A stretch of DNA of 64,000 nt from Schmidtea polychroa (taxonomy: Eukaryota): the NCBI GenBank assembly GCA_044892525.1, contig CM097886.1, positions 182,764,312 to 182,828,311 of the forward strand, written 5' to 3'. Positions 24,417 to 36,500 of this stretch are shown here, one piece after another. The notes under the pieces were generated by a model. That model saw only the letters and a list, made by a program, of their open reading frames with translations, was not told where the DNA came from and searched no databases. Numbering within the stretch: the first letter of the stretch is position 1; every line of letters starts with the position of its first letter. Both the position numbers and the translations under genes were made by a program.

Positions 24417-25056
24417 AAGGACTAAAAAGATGTGTTAATGTGTATGTGTATCGGATCAATAATGACAGTTAAAGATGAATGTATGTAATTTTAAGTGTAA
24501 AGTAGCATTAATGTTTAGTTTTAGTCTCATGATTAATAAAAGTTTTGTTGTGAATTGAATATTTTATCTTTTTTAATTATATTTTTTTTTGAGATCAAAT
24601 GGAGAAAAATAAATTTAACGTGGAATTAGTCCCAATATAGGATATAAGAGTACAAAATGAGCCACCTTCGGGCGGTACGTCCTATCATCAAAGCAACCCA
24701 TTGGGAGGGGATAACCGATCAACCCAAGTGAGGAGCGTAGGGCGGGGTACCATCGCAAATGATGAGAAGTTTCTGCGGTGTGACTGATCACCACGCCAAT
24801 GTGGAAATGGATCATCGCGATCGTCGTGCGTTTCGAGCAAGGGGGGAAAGGGGAACACTCCCAAGCGGTAAAGATTAAGTCGACAAATTAACAAGCAGAG
24901 ACGGAGAAATGACAATTTAGGGTAGAAGAAGGAAAAGAGAAGTAGAAGCATGCAGATTGAGAGATATTAAGACCGAGTTGTGAGAAGTCCAGCCGGTCAG
25001 GATAATGAAGATTGAGCTGTTGAAAAATGCCAGCCAGTCGTAAAGGCCTAGAAAAT

Positions 25057-25263
25057 TAGTGAGATAGCAATTATTGCTACTAGTGAGAATGCATTATGCC
25101 TACCGAAAAAATAGCGTTAAGCTAATAGTGAGATAGCAATTATTGCTACTAGTGAGAAGGCATTATGCCTACCGAAAAAATAGCGTTAAGCTAATAGTGA
25201 GATAGCAATTATTGCTACTAGTGAGAAGGCATTATGCCTACCATGAAATAACGTTAAACGAAT
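25057..25263. repeat. 69-bp tandem repeat x3, each unit containing three short palindromes, in the 5' leader
   Basis: Units start at 25057, 25126 and 25195; TAGCAAT-T-ATTGCTA, AGGCAT-T-ATGCCT, TAGC-GTTAA-GCTA; third unit degenerate. Confidence 0.9.
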
Positions 25264-26541
25264 AGTAAGACAGAATATTGAAGCTAGCTAGAAATGAATT
25301 GAACTAAATACGAGAATTCAAAGGTAGAGAGGACTAAACGAGCTCGTGATAGATGATAATAAAGCGTTAATGATAAAGAGAGATAGGGAAAGGAAAATAA
25401 ATTAAGAAGAGAGGGAAAAATAAAGAATAAGCGAGGATGACGATTAAGAGAATAATTAAATAATTAAAGGGATCCCAGTGGAGTAGAGAAACTCCGCAGA
25501 ATTTTTTTTGGTTTAACCGGGAAGATGATTTTTATTGGGTCTAGAGTAGAACCCAGGGAGAAAACAACCGACAGACAAGTAAAATAGCGACGACAGCGCC
25601 AGAAAATTAAGGATAAAGGGGGGTAATAAGCAGTGACCGACAACGACCTATTCATATTATAAGTATTAAAGATAGATGATTATTACGACTCTATAGATAA
25701 TTGTTACTACCCCATATAGATAATTCAAAATCGACGAAAAATACGGGCTGATGGGAAATTATAACCCGCGGAAATAATGGTATAAAGAATAGGGGAAGCA
25801 CAAACAGAAACCTAAAAGGTGTCTGTGTTTGAATGTTGCAGAAAGAATGATGAAGTCGTGTATGCAGATGCAACACGAGATCATTTTTTCATTTTAGATA
25901 GCAAACCAATCCAGTCAACCAAGCCAATCCAGAACCTGCACAAAAGGAATTCGAAGAAACCAACAACCAACCAGAGATAATCCATTCAGAACCCGCTCAA
26001 TAGGAGTAACACAACCCGAAGATTGTAATAACGGAAGACGATACAGATAACGACATCTCCAACTTCGAACGAATCACCGATATATTCAGCCTCGTTGTAT
26101 TAACAGCCATCAGCCAAGGACTCCTAAATCTCCTCAGAATATCATTAGTAGAAGCGTATAGAATATTCTTCGAAGGAAACACTATCAGAACAGAACTCGC
26201 CCAATTCGGTAGCCGCTAACCGTAGAAAACCCACGAGAAAAGACAGAGAAGCGTAAGAAGGAATCACGGATAAACCCAGCCTTAGATCTTCAAGTAAGCC
26301 AGGAGACGTATTATTTTCAGGAGACGAATTAGAACAACTCAAAAGAGGACGATCAATTAGACATCAGAGAGGGATATCACAAGGAGCAAGAAGAACCAAC
26401 AAAATACCAATATACGATCAAGAAAACCCCACAACCGGATATACGCCCAGTCGATCTAGAAGCAGAGATAGCCTATCCGATATCACAAACCACCTAACTG
26501 CGTCAACAGAAGCACTATCTGCCAATAGCCGGAGTACATCG

Positions 26542-27264
26542 TTGGATAATTTGAAAGAACCGATAGAAATTCAAGAACCAATCATGACGAGTGTGGTAAA
26601 AACCGACGAGTATAAGGAAAAATTTAGAGGTGAACCGTTCAACGGAAATGCAAACAAGTTGGCAACGTTCATAACCAACTTCGAAGTCTATATCGATGTG
26701 TGTGGATGGACATCCGAAGCAGTTAGTAAAAGGATGCCGTTGTTTTTGTGCGATAGCGCATTAGAAGTGTATTTAGAGGCTAAAGAAAGAAATACGAAAT
26801 TGGATAAATGGGATGATATCAAGACATTCCTGAAGAAAACATTTGGAGCTAGCAAACCAATAAATCAAGCACTTGGCGAACTGGCAAATAGGAAACAAAG
26901 AGCAAATGAATCAATTACATTATACGCCAGCGAATTACGGAGATTAGCAAAGAAAGCAATGAATGGAAAATTGCCAGAGGAAAATTTGATCAGCTATTTC
27001 ATAGAGGGATTACGCCGAGAAGTGAGAGCATCTGTAGGATGTCAAATGTGCGCTACATTAGAAGAGGCCATAGATTGGGGCACGAGATGTGAACTCCATC
27101 TTCCAGCACAAATGAATATTATGCAAGAAGATGGGAGGATAGCGACAGCCATAGTAAAAACTGATAATGGAGATAGCAACAACCAAGGACCAAAAATGAA
27201 CCAATTTATACACCGGAGCACATCAAATTTTCAAACCACCACAAGGACGATCAAATGGGAATAA
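26542..27264 (+). CDS. gag: Gag capsid domain (frame open from 26257; likely ATG 26584); upstream Gag region decayed
   Basis: FNGNANKLATFITNFE...LFLCDSALEVY...RKQRANESITLYASELRRLA...FIEGL fits the retrotransposon Gag capsid pattern. Confidence 0.85.
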   Translation: MDNLKEPIEIQEPIMTSVVKTDEYKEKFRGEPFNGNANKLATFITNFEVYIDVCGWTSEAVSKRMPLFLCDSALEVYLEAKERNTKLDKWDDIKTFLKKTFGASKPINQALGELANRKQRANESITLYASELRRLAKKAMNGKLPEENLISYFIEGLRREVRASVGCQMCATLEEAIDWGTRCELHLPAQMNIMQEDGRIATAIVKTDNGDSNNQGPKMNQFIHRSTSNFQTTTRTIKWE

Positions 27265-27334
27265 TAGTGATCGCAACAACCTGAATAATGGAAACAATTT
27301 TAATAATCGACGAAATACGAATAATAACAAACAG

Positions 27335-27487
27335 TGCCGAACATGTGGTAAATCAGGGCATTGGGACAGAGATTGTTATAGAAATGCAACGTGTAATCGT
27401 TGCGGACGACGGTGGCATACGGAGGGTATATGTCAAGCAAGAGCGTGTTACAACTGCGGACAATCAGGACATATCTCGAGAGAATGC
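27335..27487 (+). CDS. Three CCHC zinc knuckles (nucleocapsid), in frame with the 3148-aa ORF; absent from the ORF track because there is no start codon
   Basis: Manual translation CRTCGKSGHWDRDC / CNRCGRRWHTEGIC / CYNCGQSGHISREC; the frame is open from 27200. Confidence 0.92.
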
Positions 27488-27580
27488 CGAGAAAGAAACC
27501 AACAACAACGACAACCTCAACGAAATAATAATTATACACCAAATCCGCAACGACAAAATAACCTCAGTGAAGGAAAACAA

Positions 27581-30500
27581 ATGAACGTCATGCAAGAAAT
27601 TTCTCAAATGAAACAGATGATGCATCAATTGATGCGACCCAGATCAGAACCGGCACCTCAGCAAACACAGAATATACGTATGATGAGAAGCACCGAAAAC
27701 ATCAACGACTACGAGAGACAGCAACACGCGCAAGATTGGCAACGATTGCAAGCTGAGGAAGAGAGAATAAAGCAAGAACGCAACCAGCAACGACAAGAAC
27801 AACCATTTCGAATAAATATGCTGAAACTAGTAAAAGATATGAAAGATCAATATTGTTACAACTATGGGAAAAACCCAATAGGAGTACCCATAACTGAACC
27901 AGAAAAAGTGAAAGAAACAACAACGGAAATTCGACCAGAAAACTCAACAACGGTACTGAAAGGAAACCAAAGAATTCAGAAAATATTCTGGAAAAAGATA
28001 AAAGATAAAATCGAAAAAGAACATGACAAAGAGAAAACGGAGGTAAAAGATGAAAACAACAAAAATAAAGAACAAACCAGTCAAATAAGCCACGAAATGT
28101 TACAAGAATTGGAATCCGAAGAAACAACGATATTCGAAAATAAGCAATTAAAAAGAGTACCAAGGATGAGAAACTTACGAATCAACATGATGAAAAGGAC
28201 AAAAGATACGTCGTCATCAGATGAAGACTATGTGAGTAGTTTGGGTGGAGAAATACTACAACTAAACGAAGCTAGCGAACCTCCCAAAGGGAGAATTCAA
28301 GAGGAAGAGAGTGAAAGCGATGTAACCAGCGAAAGTGAGGACGAGGATATCGAAATAAAATTGAGAAAAGAAAGGGAGGAAGCGATAAAGGGAGTAGCTG
28401 AAATACTCCCAGTAGTAGTGAGGAACCAAGAGTTCATCGATATAATACCATTTAGACGATTCATACAGAAAGTGATGAAATTGGAAAGAAACGAGAAAGA
28501 CCTAATACCAAGCGAGGAAAAGTCGATAATAAAAAAGTATATGGAGAAAATGAAGCAAGCCGATACCACGCGGTATGTAATAAAAATCGGAACGAGTAAA
28601 GGGCTCGAAAGAATATGGATTAAAAATACCGTCACCGACGAACTTTTCGACTGGATACGAGAACATTTAGGTAGCTCGAGGAAAAAGGAGTACCTATATC
28701 AACATCAAGGAGAGCAGATTAAACCGGATATGCACTTGGTGGATGCACTAATATGGCCAGGAGAAACGCAAATATTAAAGCTGCATAAAGAAAAGCAAAC
28801 CGCCAACACCTATGAATGGGCAAAAGACGCTAAGGCCGAATACGACTTTAACATCAAACTGAAATTAGAACAAATAAAACAGTGTACTTTGAGACGAAAT
28901 CTGGATAAACTCATCAAACAAATCCAAGAACAAGTGGAAGATAACTGGGATTTACTCATAGCCAGACGAGCCCCAGAGATGCACGAACTAATGAGCAGAT
29001 TGCGCGATACAGAATTACTCAGAATGAGTGATTGGAGAACCATAAATTTAATCCATAAATATGGAAGGTTAAAAGAGACGCAACCACAGAAGCTAGAAAT
29101 AACCATATGGTTACCGAACGAGGAGAAACGACGAATGAAAATGAGTAATCAGAGCACGGTGGACAACTTGGTATCAAAAATAAACCAAGAAATAACGGAA
29201 AGGGTGCAACGGGAGAGTGATGATGGTATGATAGATGATGTAGTCATGATGTACGATAAAATAATACTACGAGCTGAGGACGACACCTCGTTGAGTGAAA
29301 TGGGCATGTGGGACGATCATCAAATAATCAGAATAGTACCAATGGATGAATTCCGAACGAGGGATATAACCTATCAAAAGGAAATACGAGATCGGATGAA
29401 GACGTTATATCAAAAATCAGTAGAAATAACTGAAATCCACCAACAATGGTTAAAAGAAAAGGAACTACAAGGAAAAATAACGAAACTAAGTACCAGATCC
29501 TGTAGACGAACCCCATGGGAAAGGGTATGGAACGCAGAAAAAAAGGAATGGGAAATCCGGAGAGGGATCTTCCTAGAAACAGATATCGAGGAGACGGATG
29601 AAGAGCCGGGGGAAGAGGAAGACGAACCTCCAGAGTACGAAGAAGAAGCAATAGAACAGACATCAGATGACGGGAGCGAGACGGATGTCACATCAGGAAG
29701 CGAAAATGAAGCCAGACATATCCATGCGATGAGAAAGAAGGAACGTGAATATGCCGATATAGACGGTGATGAGGCGAGGGAAGCGAGAGAACGAGAAGAG
29801 AAGGAGAGATATAAGCAACTAGGCGATATCTTAGAAATGGGGGCAAAGAATCAAAAAAGGCAAGTGATAGCACTGGCAAACTTCATCCTAAAAATATCAG
29901 ACAATATCCAGTATCTGAGAGAGATAGTAAAGACTATAGAGGAATACCGACAATATAATGAATGGTACCCAGAACAATTGGAGCAAATCATTGGGAAATG
30001 GCGAAACCACGAATGGTCACAAGACACCCAAGAAAGATATCGAATTCGAATTAAATACCCAGATAAAAATGTCGAGGAAGTAGAGGTACATCCAACCACA
30101 AAAATCAGAGAATTAAAAAAGAAATTGGCATATGAAACTCCATTCCATCTACAACTACAAGGAAAATCACTAGATGACAACGCAGACGTCGGGATAACAC
30201 CCATGAGGTTGGGAGAGACAAATGTATTGACAATGGCAGAAACATTGGGGAAACCGATAAAACGGAAAAGCAACAGTAGTAAACCAACAAAGGGTAGTTT
30301 GAGTACCCCAAGCCCAAATAAAGCACCGAGTAAATCAAATGAAACCGAGGAGGTTGAAGAGATTATCCTAGAAGATAGTGACGATGAACCAGGAGAAAGA
30401 ACGCCACTATTAGTGAGATGGCCAACGGGAGCCGAGATCTGGACAACAAGTAGACCGTCGACGAGTTATCAACAACCGGAGAAACTAAACATCGAGGGAA

Positions 30501-33500
30501 TCATCGACAATACGACAGAAAGAGAAACAGATGAACAATTTAGGAAACAAAGAGAACCAACAAGAATAACTCCGGAAGGGCAAACCGATAAAATAATAGA
30601 CGAATGGAATGAATGGCTGAGAAATAATGACAGTTCATTGCCCAGAACAGATAATGAAAGAAACCCGAATCACGAAAATACAAGAGAAGCCGGAACAACA
30701 ATGGAAAAACGGACTAAAGGGAGACCCAAGAAACAAGGGGAAAAACCCGAATTTAAAACTAAGGAACAAATAAAGCAAGAACAAGGACAAGTCAGATTAG
30801 AAAAGTTAGATAAAATAGTATGGGATCTAAAGGAAGCCCAACCCACGATTGAAAGAGGAGAAAAGTGGATACGGGAATTAATAAAAGATATGTTAATAAT
30901 AACGAACCCGCAACTCAGACGTCTATGGCAACGAAAAGTAGCAAGCATGGAAGCTAGACAGCTATGGCACATCGTGTCAGGGATAATCCCAAAGTTAATC
31001 AAGGAGAAAACAAAAACCACTAAAACGGATTGGGATGAAACGAGGAGAGTAATCGAACAACTCACAACGAATGCAAACGATGATGAACACCATCTAGTAG
31101 TAATAACCTATTTGATGTATAATTTGATGGGATTAGCTGCAAGAAAAATACCCAATAAACAATTCGCAAACCACGTAGAAATGACAGTAGCAATCATAGA
31201 AAATACTATCGAACCACATATTATCCGTGCCGGAGGATGGAAGAGACTCATCCAAGCGCCACGGAAAAACGAACAGGAAAGATCAATGCAAGTCAGATTG
31301 AAAAAGTTGCTGAATGAACTGGAATGGGAATTACCAATGAAAGATCCAGCCAGCAGAAAAGCGTCAATAAACTCGTTAATGATGACTATGATGATATGGA
31401 TGTTATGTACCAGCGGAGCAACAGGCTTCACGATCTATGATTGCGATAATTCCGTAATGAGGGATAGATACTCACTGAGAGACATCGAGGAATGTAGACA
31501 AGCTTCACCAAATAAATTAGATGTCGTGAACAAAAAGGTCTCATATCACGTGTATCAAGAATCGGATTTCATCAGGACACTGGCAAGGGAGTGCGTAGTA
31601 TCGAAACACGCGTTGGCTTATTACTGTGGACAATATTCATACTCAACTCTCATACTACCCGGATTGGATAAAGAAATAGTGCCCATACAAAGAGAGGATT
31701 GCAAAGAACTGTTTAGAACCGGAGCGATGAGGATCCGAGACGGAGTAACAATACACGGACAAAGTGGAATGATCAAAACAGAAAGCATTTACGTAGCCGG
31801 ACGCGTAAAATCAACTGACGGAACATGTAATGGAGGTACGTATACGATCAGGGGAGAGGCGATATCGGGAGTAGTAGTAATCGAGTCATATACAGTTGAG
31901 TTAAAAGAATACGAAGCACAATTTGACGCCAATAATTATCAAATGAAGACCAACCCAGCATGTAGAGCTATGGAAAACGTATGCAAGACGGGGGTTTCGA
32001 CCATAATATATGAAGCTAACACCCAAAAATGCCGACTTCAATTGTTGAAAAGTGCTCTGTTCAACGAAGTAAAAGGGGAAATTTATGAGAACGAAGACGA
32101 TGAAGACGGAGATGGAAAAGTGAGAATGCGAAATGGAAAACCAGTACCACCATCGCCCAAAGAAAAAAGGCTCACAACACAAAAAACACCAACGGCACTG
32201 ATCACAGACGATCCGGACCTAGGCATGAGATTCATCAGAGGGAAGGAGACCACCAAATGCGATAGTATCGTCTACAAGACCAACTACGCAGGTATCTACA
32301 TGTCACGGCAGATAATAGATAGAGCAGTGGGAAAGATAGCCACAGAGGACGTCAAATTGTACCTATATGCTAATAACAAAATGGATTTTTTATTCCATCG
32401 CGGACAAACGACACTGCAAAAAGTATACTACGATCTTATACAAAACGATTGTTCATTAAATAAAGAGATACTGAAAACAAAACTAGCTATAGCGATAACG
32501 CACCCTGATAATACGATGCCATCACTCCCATTACCGGATGGACATTTTGGTAGGATGGTGGGAGAAGTGATGTATACATATGCGTGCACTAAGACGTTTG
32601 CACGAATGCCAGAAAAACCCACGATACCACCAGGGAAATGTGCAAACGAGTTGGAAATTCGCTATAAAGGACAAAATCGATTCGTCCAACCAGTTACCAG
32701 AATTATGAACCCATTAGGTTTCTACCCAAATCTCTTTAACTGTTCCAATGCGTACGGACCATTGTACGAGAGACCCGATGGGAAATGGATAATGTTACCA
32801 GTGAGGGCCACAGTGGAGGAACCCAAGAAGTTTGGATTAATAGAACTCGCTACGGAGCAAGATTTCAAGCCCATAGATGTATCAAACGGAGGCATGTATT
32901 CAGCAGCGGATCTAGAAACAGCACGGCTAAACATACTTTTCCCAGCCAGACGAGAATCAATATTATCAAACATGGTCACAATAACGGGGGGAACGAACTA
33001 TCAATCAGGTCCAAATTATGAACTACTACTATCACCAGAACATTTCCAACACGCAACGTCAAATATGATGAAGGCAATGTGGGGAAGATTCTTAGTATTC
33101 GGACAAATGATGGCAGGAATATTGGGAATCATACTCATAATTCAAATTGTCAGAGTAATATTGACACAAATGTTAGCCTGTTTCGATATATACAAAAGAG
33201 AAAAGAAAGTAAATTGGAAAATGATAGTAGGGTTTCTACCATTTTTAGCAAAAACCATGGTATTACATGGTCACTCAAAAGATATTCATCGAATAAAGCG
33301 ATTGATCAAAATATTAACCAAGATTAAAGGAACCGATGAGGAAATAGGTAGACGATTCCGAAAAACCATGTACGACGAAGCAACGAGAAGACAACTGAAA
33401 AAGAACAAGCCAAAATTCTTAGATCGATTCAGAAGTCAATCATCTAACAGCGATAGTGACGATGACGACGAAGGGAACCACAAATATCCGTATCCCAGCG

Positions 33501-36500
33501 GACATCCAAAGGAAAAGCAAATTGAAACCGCACCGTATTGGGAGAAGGATAAAACAAACACCTGGATAGCCAACGGAAGTTATATCCCACCGGACATCGT
33601 TGGACAACAAGCAGCCCTGACCATGACACAAAATATGTATCCACAATTACCCAATCAATCCGGAATGAATTATATGCCGACGAGGAGAACCAGAAGTGTA
33701 GATCAAGCGGACGATGTACGGACAATAGCAGCAATGAGTTTACCTGGAGGTCCGGCAGTAACAGTCATGATCCAAATCAACGGAAAAGAAACAAATGCTA
33801 TGATCGACACCGGAGCTAACGTATCAGCAATAGCAATTAATCAAATTCCCAGCAGATATTGGAAAGATATCGAGTCAACAACAATCCACATCATAGCATG
33901 CAGTAAAGAAACAGTAGACGTGGTCGGAAGATGGTGGACCACCTTAAAATACCAAGATAACGAAATTGAAACGTATTTAGCAGTAATACCAAAACTAAGT
34001 GTACCATGCATAATCGGAACAGATCTAATGCCCGAACTACTAAAAGAAGTAGTAATCGATTTAACAACAATGTGCCTAAAGGATAAAACCGGCAGAATAT
34101 GCACAATGAATGCTATAATCAGATGTCCAGAAAAAATAATCGTACCAGCAAAATCACAGATGATCTGTCAAATAAAAGTAGACACGGGAATGGAAGGGGA
34201 AGTTATTTTCGAACCAAGTAAATCGTTTGAAAAACGACGAGAATTACCGCTAGCAAGAGAAATAATAACAATAAATCAAGAAGGAATGATACTGATCAAC
34301 ATCACGAATTTCGAAGAGGAAGACAAAATCATCTATGAGAATGAAAAATTGGGAAAATTGACCCCAATGATGGATATAGAACTACCAAAAGTGACCAACG
34401 ACACAACCAAAAACGACGAATTATGGACAATCGACAGTACATTGTTAACAGCTGCCGAAAAGAGAAAATTGCACCGATTGTTAGTGGAATACAAAGATAT
34501 ATTCGCCATCTCAGATTTGGATTTGGGTACATGTGATGTCACCCTACATGCAATTCCACTGATAGATGAAACTCCAATCGCATTAAGACCATACAAACTA
34601 GCAGAAATGCAAAAAGAAATAGCTGAAGCAGAAGTGCAAAAGATGCTAGATGCAAAAGTAATCGAACCAAGTTGCTCACCTTGGCAGTTTCCAGTGGTCA
34701 TGGTGAAAAAGAAAGATGGCACGCAAAGATTCTGTATAGATTATCGAAAATTAAATGCAGTAACAAAGAGGGATACCTATCCATTGCCAGACATTAATGA
34801 AATGTTACTCATGTTGCAGGGGGCAGCATATTTTACTTCTTTAGATTTAAAAAGTGGATACTGGCAGATTAAAGTCAAAGATGAGGACAAAGAGAAGACC
34901 GCTTTCACTTTGGGGCGAGATCTATATCAGTTCAGGAAAATGCCATTCGGACTAACTAACGCACCAGCATCATTTCAAAGGTGTATGAACTTTGTCACTC
35001 ATGGAATAAAACAGTGTATGGTATATATTGATGATTTACTAATATATTCAGCGACTTTTGAACAACATCTGGAGGATATCCGAAATGTATTTATTCGATT
35101 ACGACAATGGAAACTCAAACTCAAACCTTCCAAATGCGATTGGGCAAAGGAAAAGGTTACGTTTTTAGGACACATAGTGTCAGCCAAAGGAAAAGAGCCA
35201 GACCCAAGAAACATCGAAAAAATAAAAACATGTCCAGCACCAAAAACTGTCACCCAAGTTCAGGAATTTCTCGGACTATGTGGATACTACCGTAAATTTA
35301 TCAAAAATTATGCCGGAATTGCAAAACCAATCCAAGAACTGGTAAAGAAAGACATCTCATTCAGTTGGGGAAAAGAACAACAGGAGGCATTCGAGACGTT
35401 GAGAGATAAATTGATTGAAGCACCAATCCTCGTACATCCGGATTTCAAGAAGCCATTTCTATTGGCAACAGACGCAAGCGGATATGCGGCCGGAGCAATT
35501 TTAGGCCAACTGGATGACGAGGGAAAAGAGAGAGTAATTGGATATTACAGTCGAACATTCAAAAAGCATGAGAAGAACTATTCGGTAACAGAAAGAGAAG
35601 CATTAGCTATAATACAAGCCATCAAACACTTTCGATATTTACTATGGGGACATGAGATATGCATAACCACAGATCATCAACCATTGGTGTGGTTAGGGCA
35701 ACATAAAGAAGCGTCAAGTAGACTAATGAGATGGGCCATGCAATTACAAGAATACTCCCCATTTATAAAATTCAAAGCAGGAAGAGCAAATGCCAACGCC
35801 GATTGTATGTCAAGATTTATTTTTCCAGATTTGGTGGATTCGGAAATGCAACGCATATGCTTAATAGTAGCGGAAGATTTGGACTTTTGCCAACTGCGAA
35901 AGGACCAACAAGAAGACGCAGAATTAAAGCAAATTATCGATTATGTAAAAACAGGAAAAACCGAAGTGTATGCGAAAGACCAGAAATTAAAAGAACATAT
36001 GGATAAACATCGACATCGATACATAATAGATAAAGATTGGTTGCTAATAATGGATGGCGAAAAACGATTAATGTGCATACCGGAAAACAGACGAAAAGAG
36101 TTACTAACGCAATATCACGATGGAAGATTGGGTGGACACATGTCATCAAAAAAGACTTTAGCAAGAATGAAACAGAAATATTTTTGGCCTGCGCTAACGG
36201 AAGACGTAACCGAATGGGTGAAAAATTGTCTAACTTGTGCAACCAGGAAGAATGCTGGATCGAAATGGAAAGCGCCGTTAACGCCAATGCCAGTACCGAT
36301 AGAACCAATGACAATGATATCAATGGACGTAGTCGGTCCATTACCCGAATCGGATAAAGGAAACGTTTATATTTTGGTAATTACGGATTACCTCACGAAA
36401 TTCCCAGAGGCATTTGCTATGCCGGATCAAAAAGCTAAAACAATCGCAAAAATCTTGGTAGAAGAAATATGTTGCCGATATGGAACGCCGAAGCAAATAT

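Larger units (their letters stand above)
19817..24601 (+). repeat. 5' LTR (~4.8 kb) of the giant element
   Basis: Near-identical to 45481-45977 plus 53942-58230; identity stops after GAGATCAAATG; AATAAA near 24535. Confidence 0.9.

Noticed and set aside
25057-25263. CRISPR array
   Set aside because: Units are tandem near-identical with no unique spacers, no cas genes, eukaryotic retroelement context.
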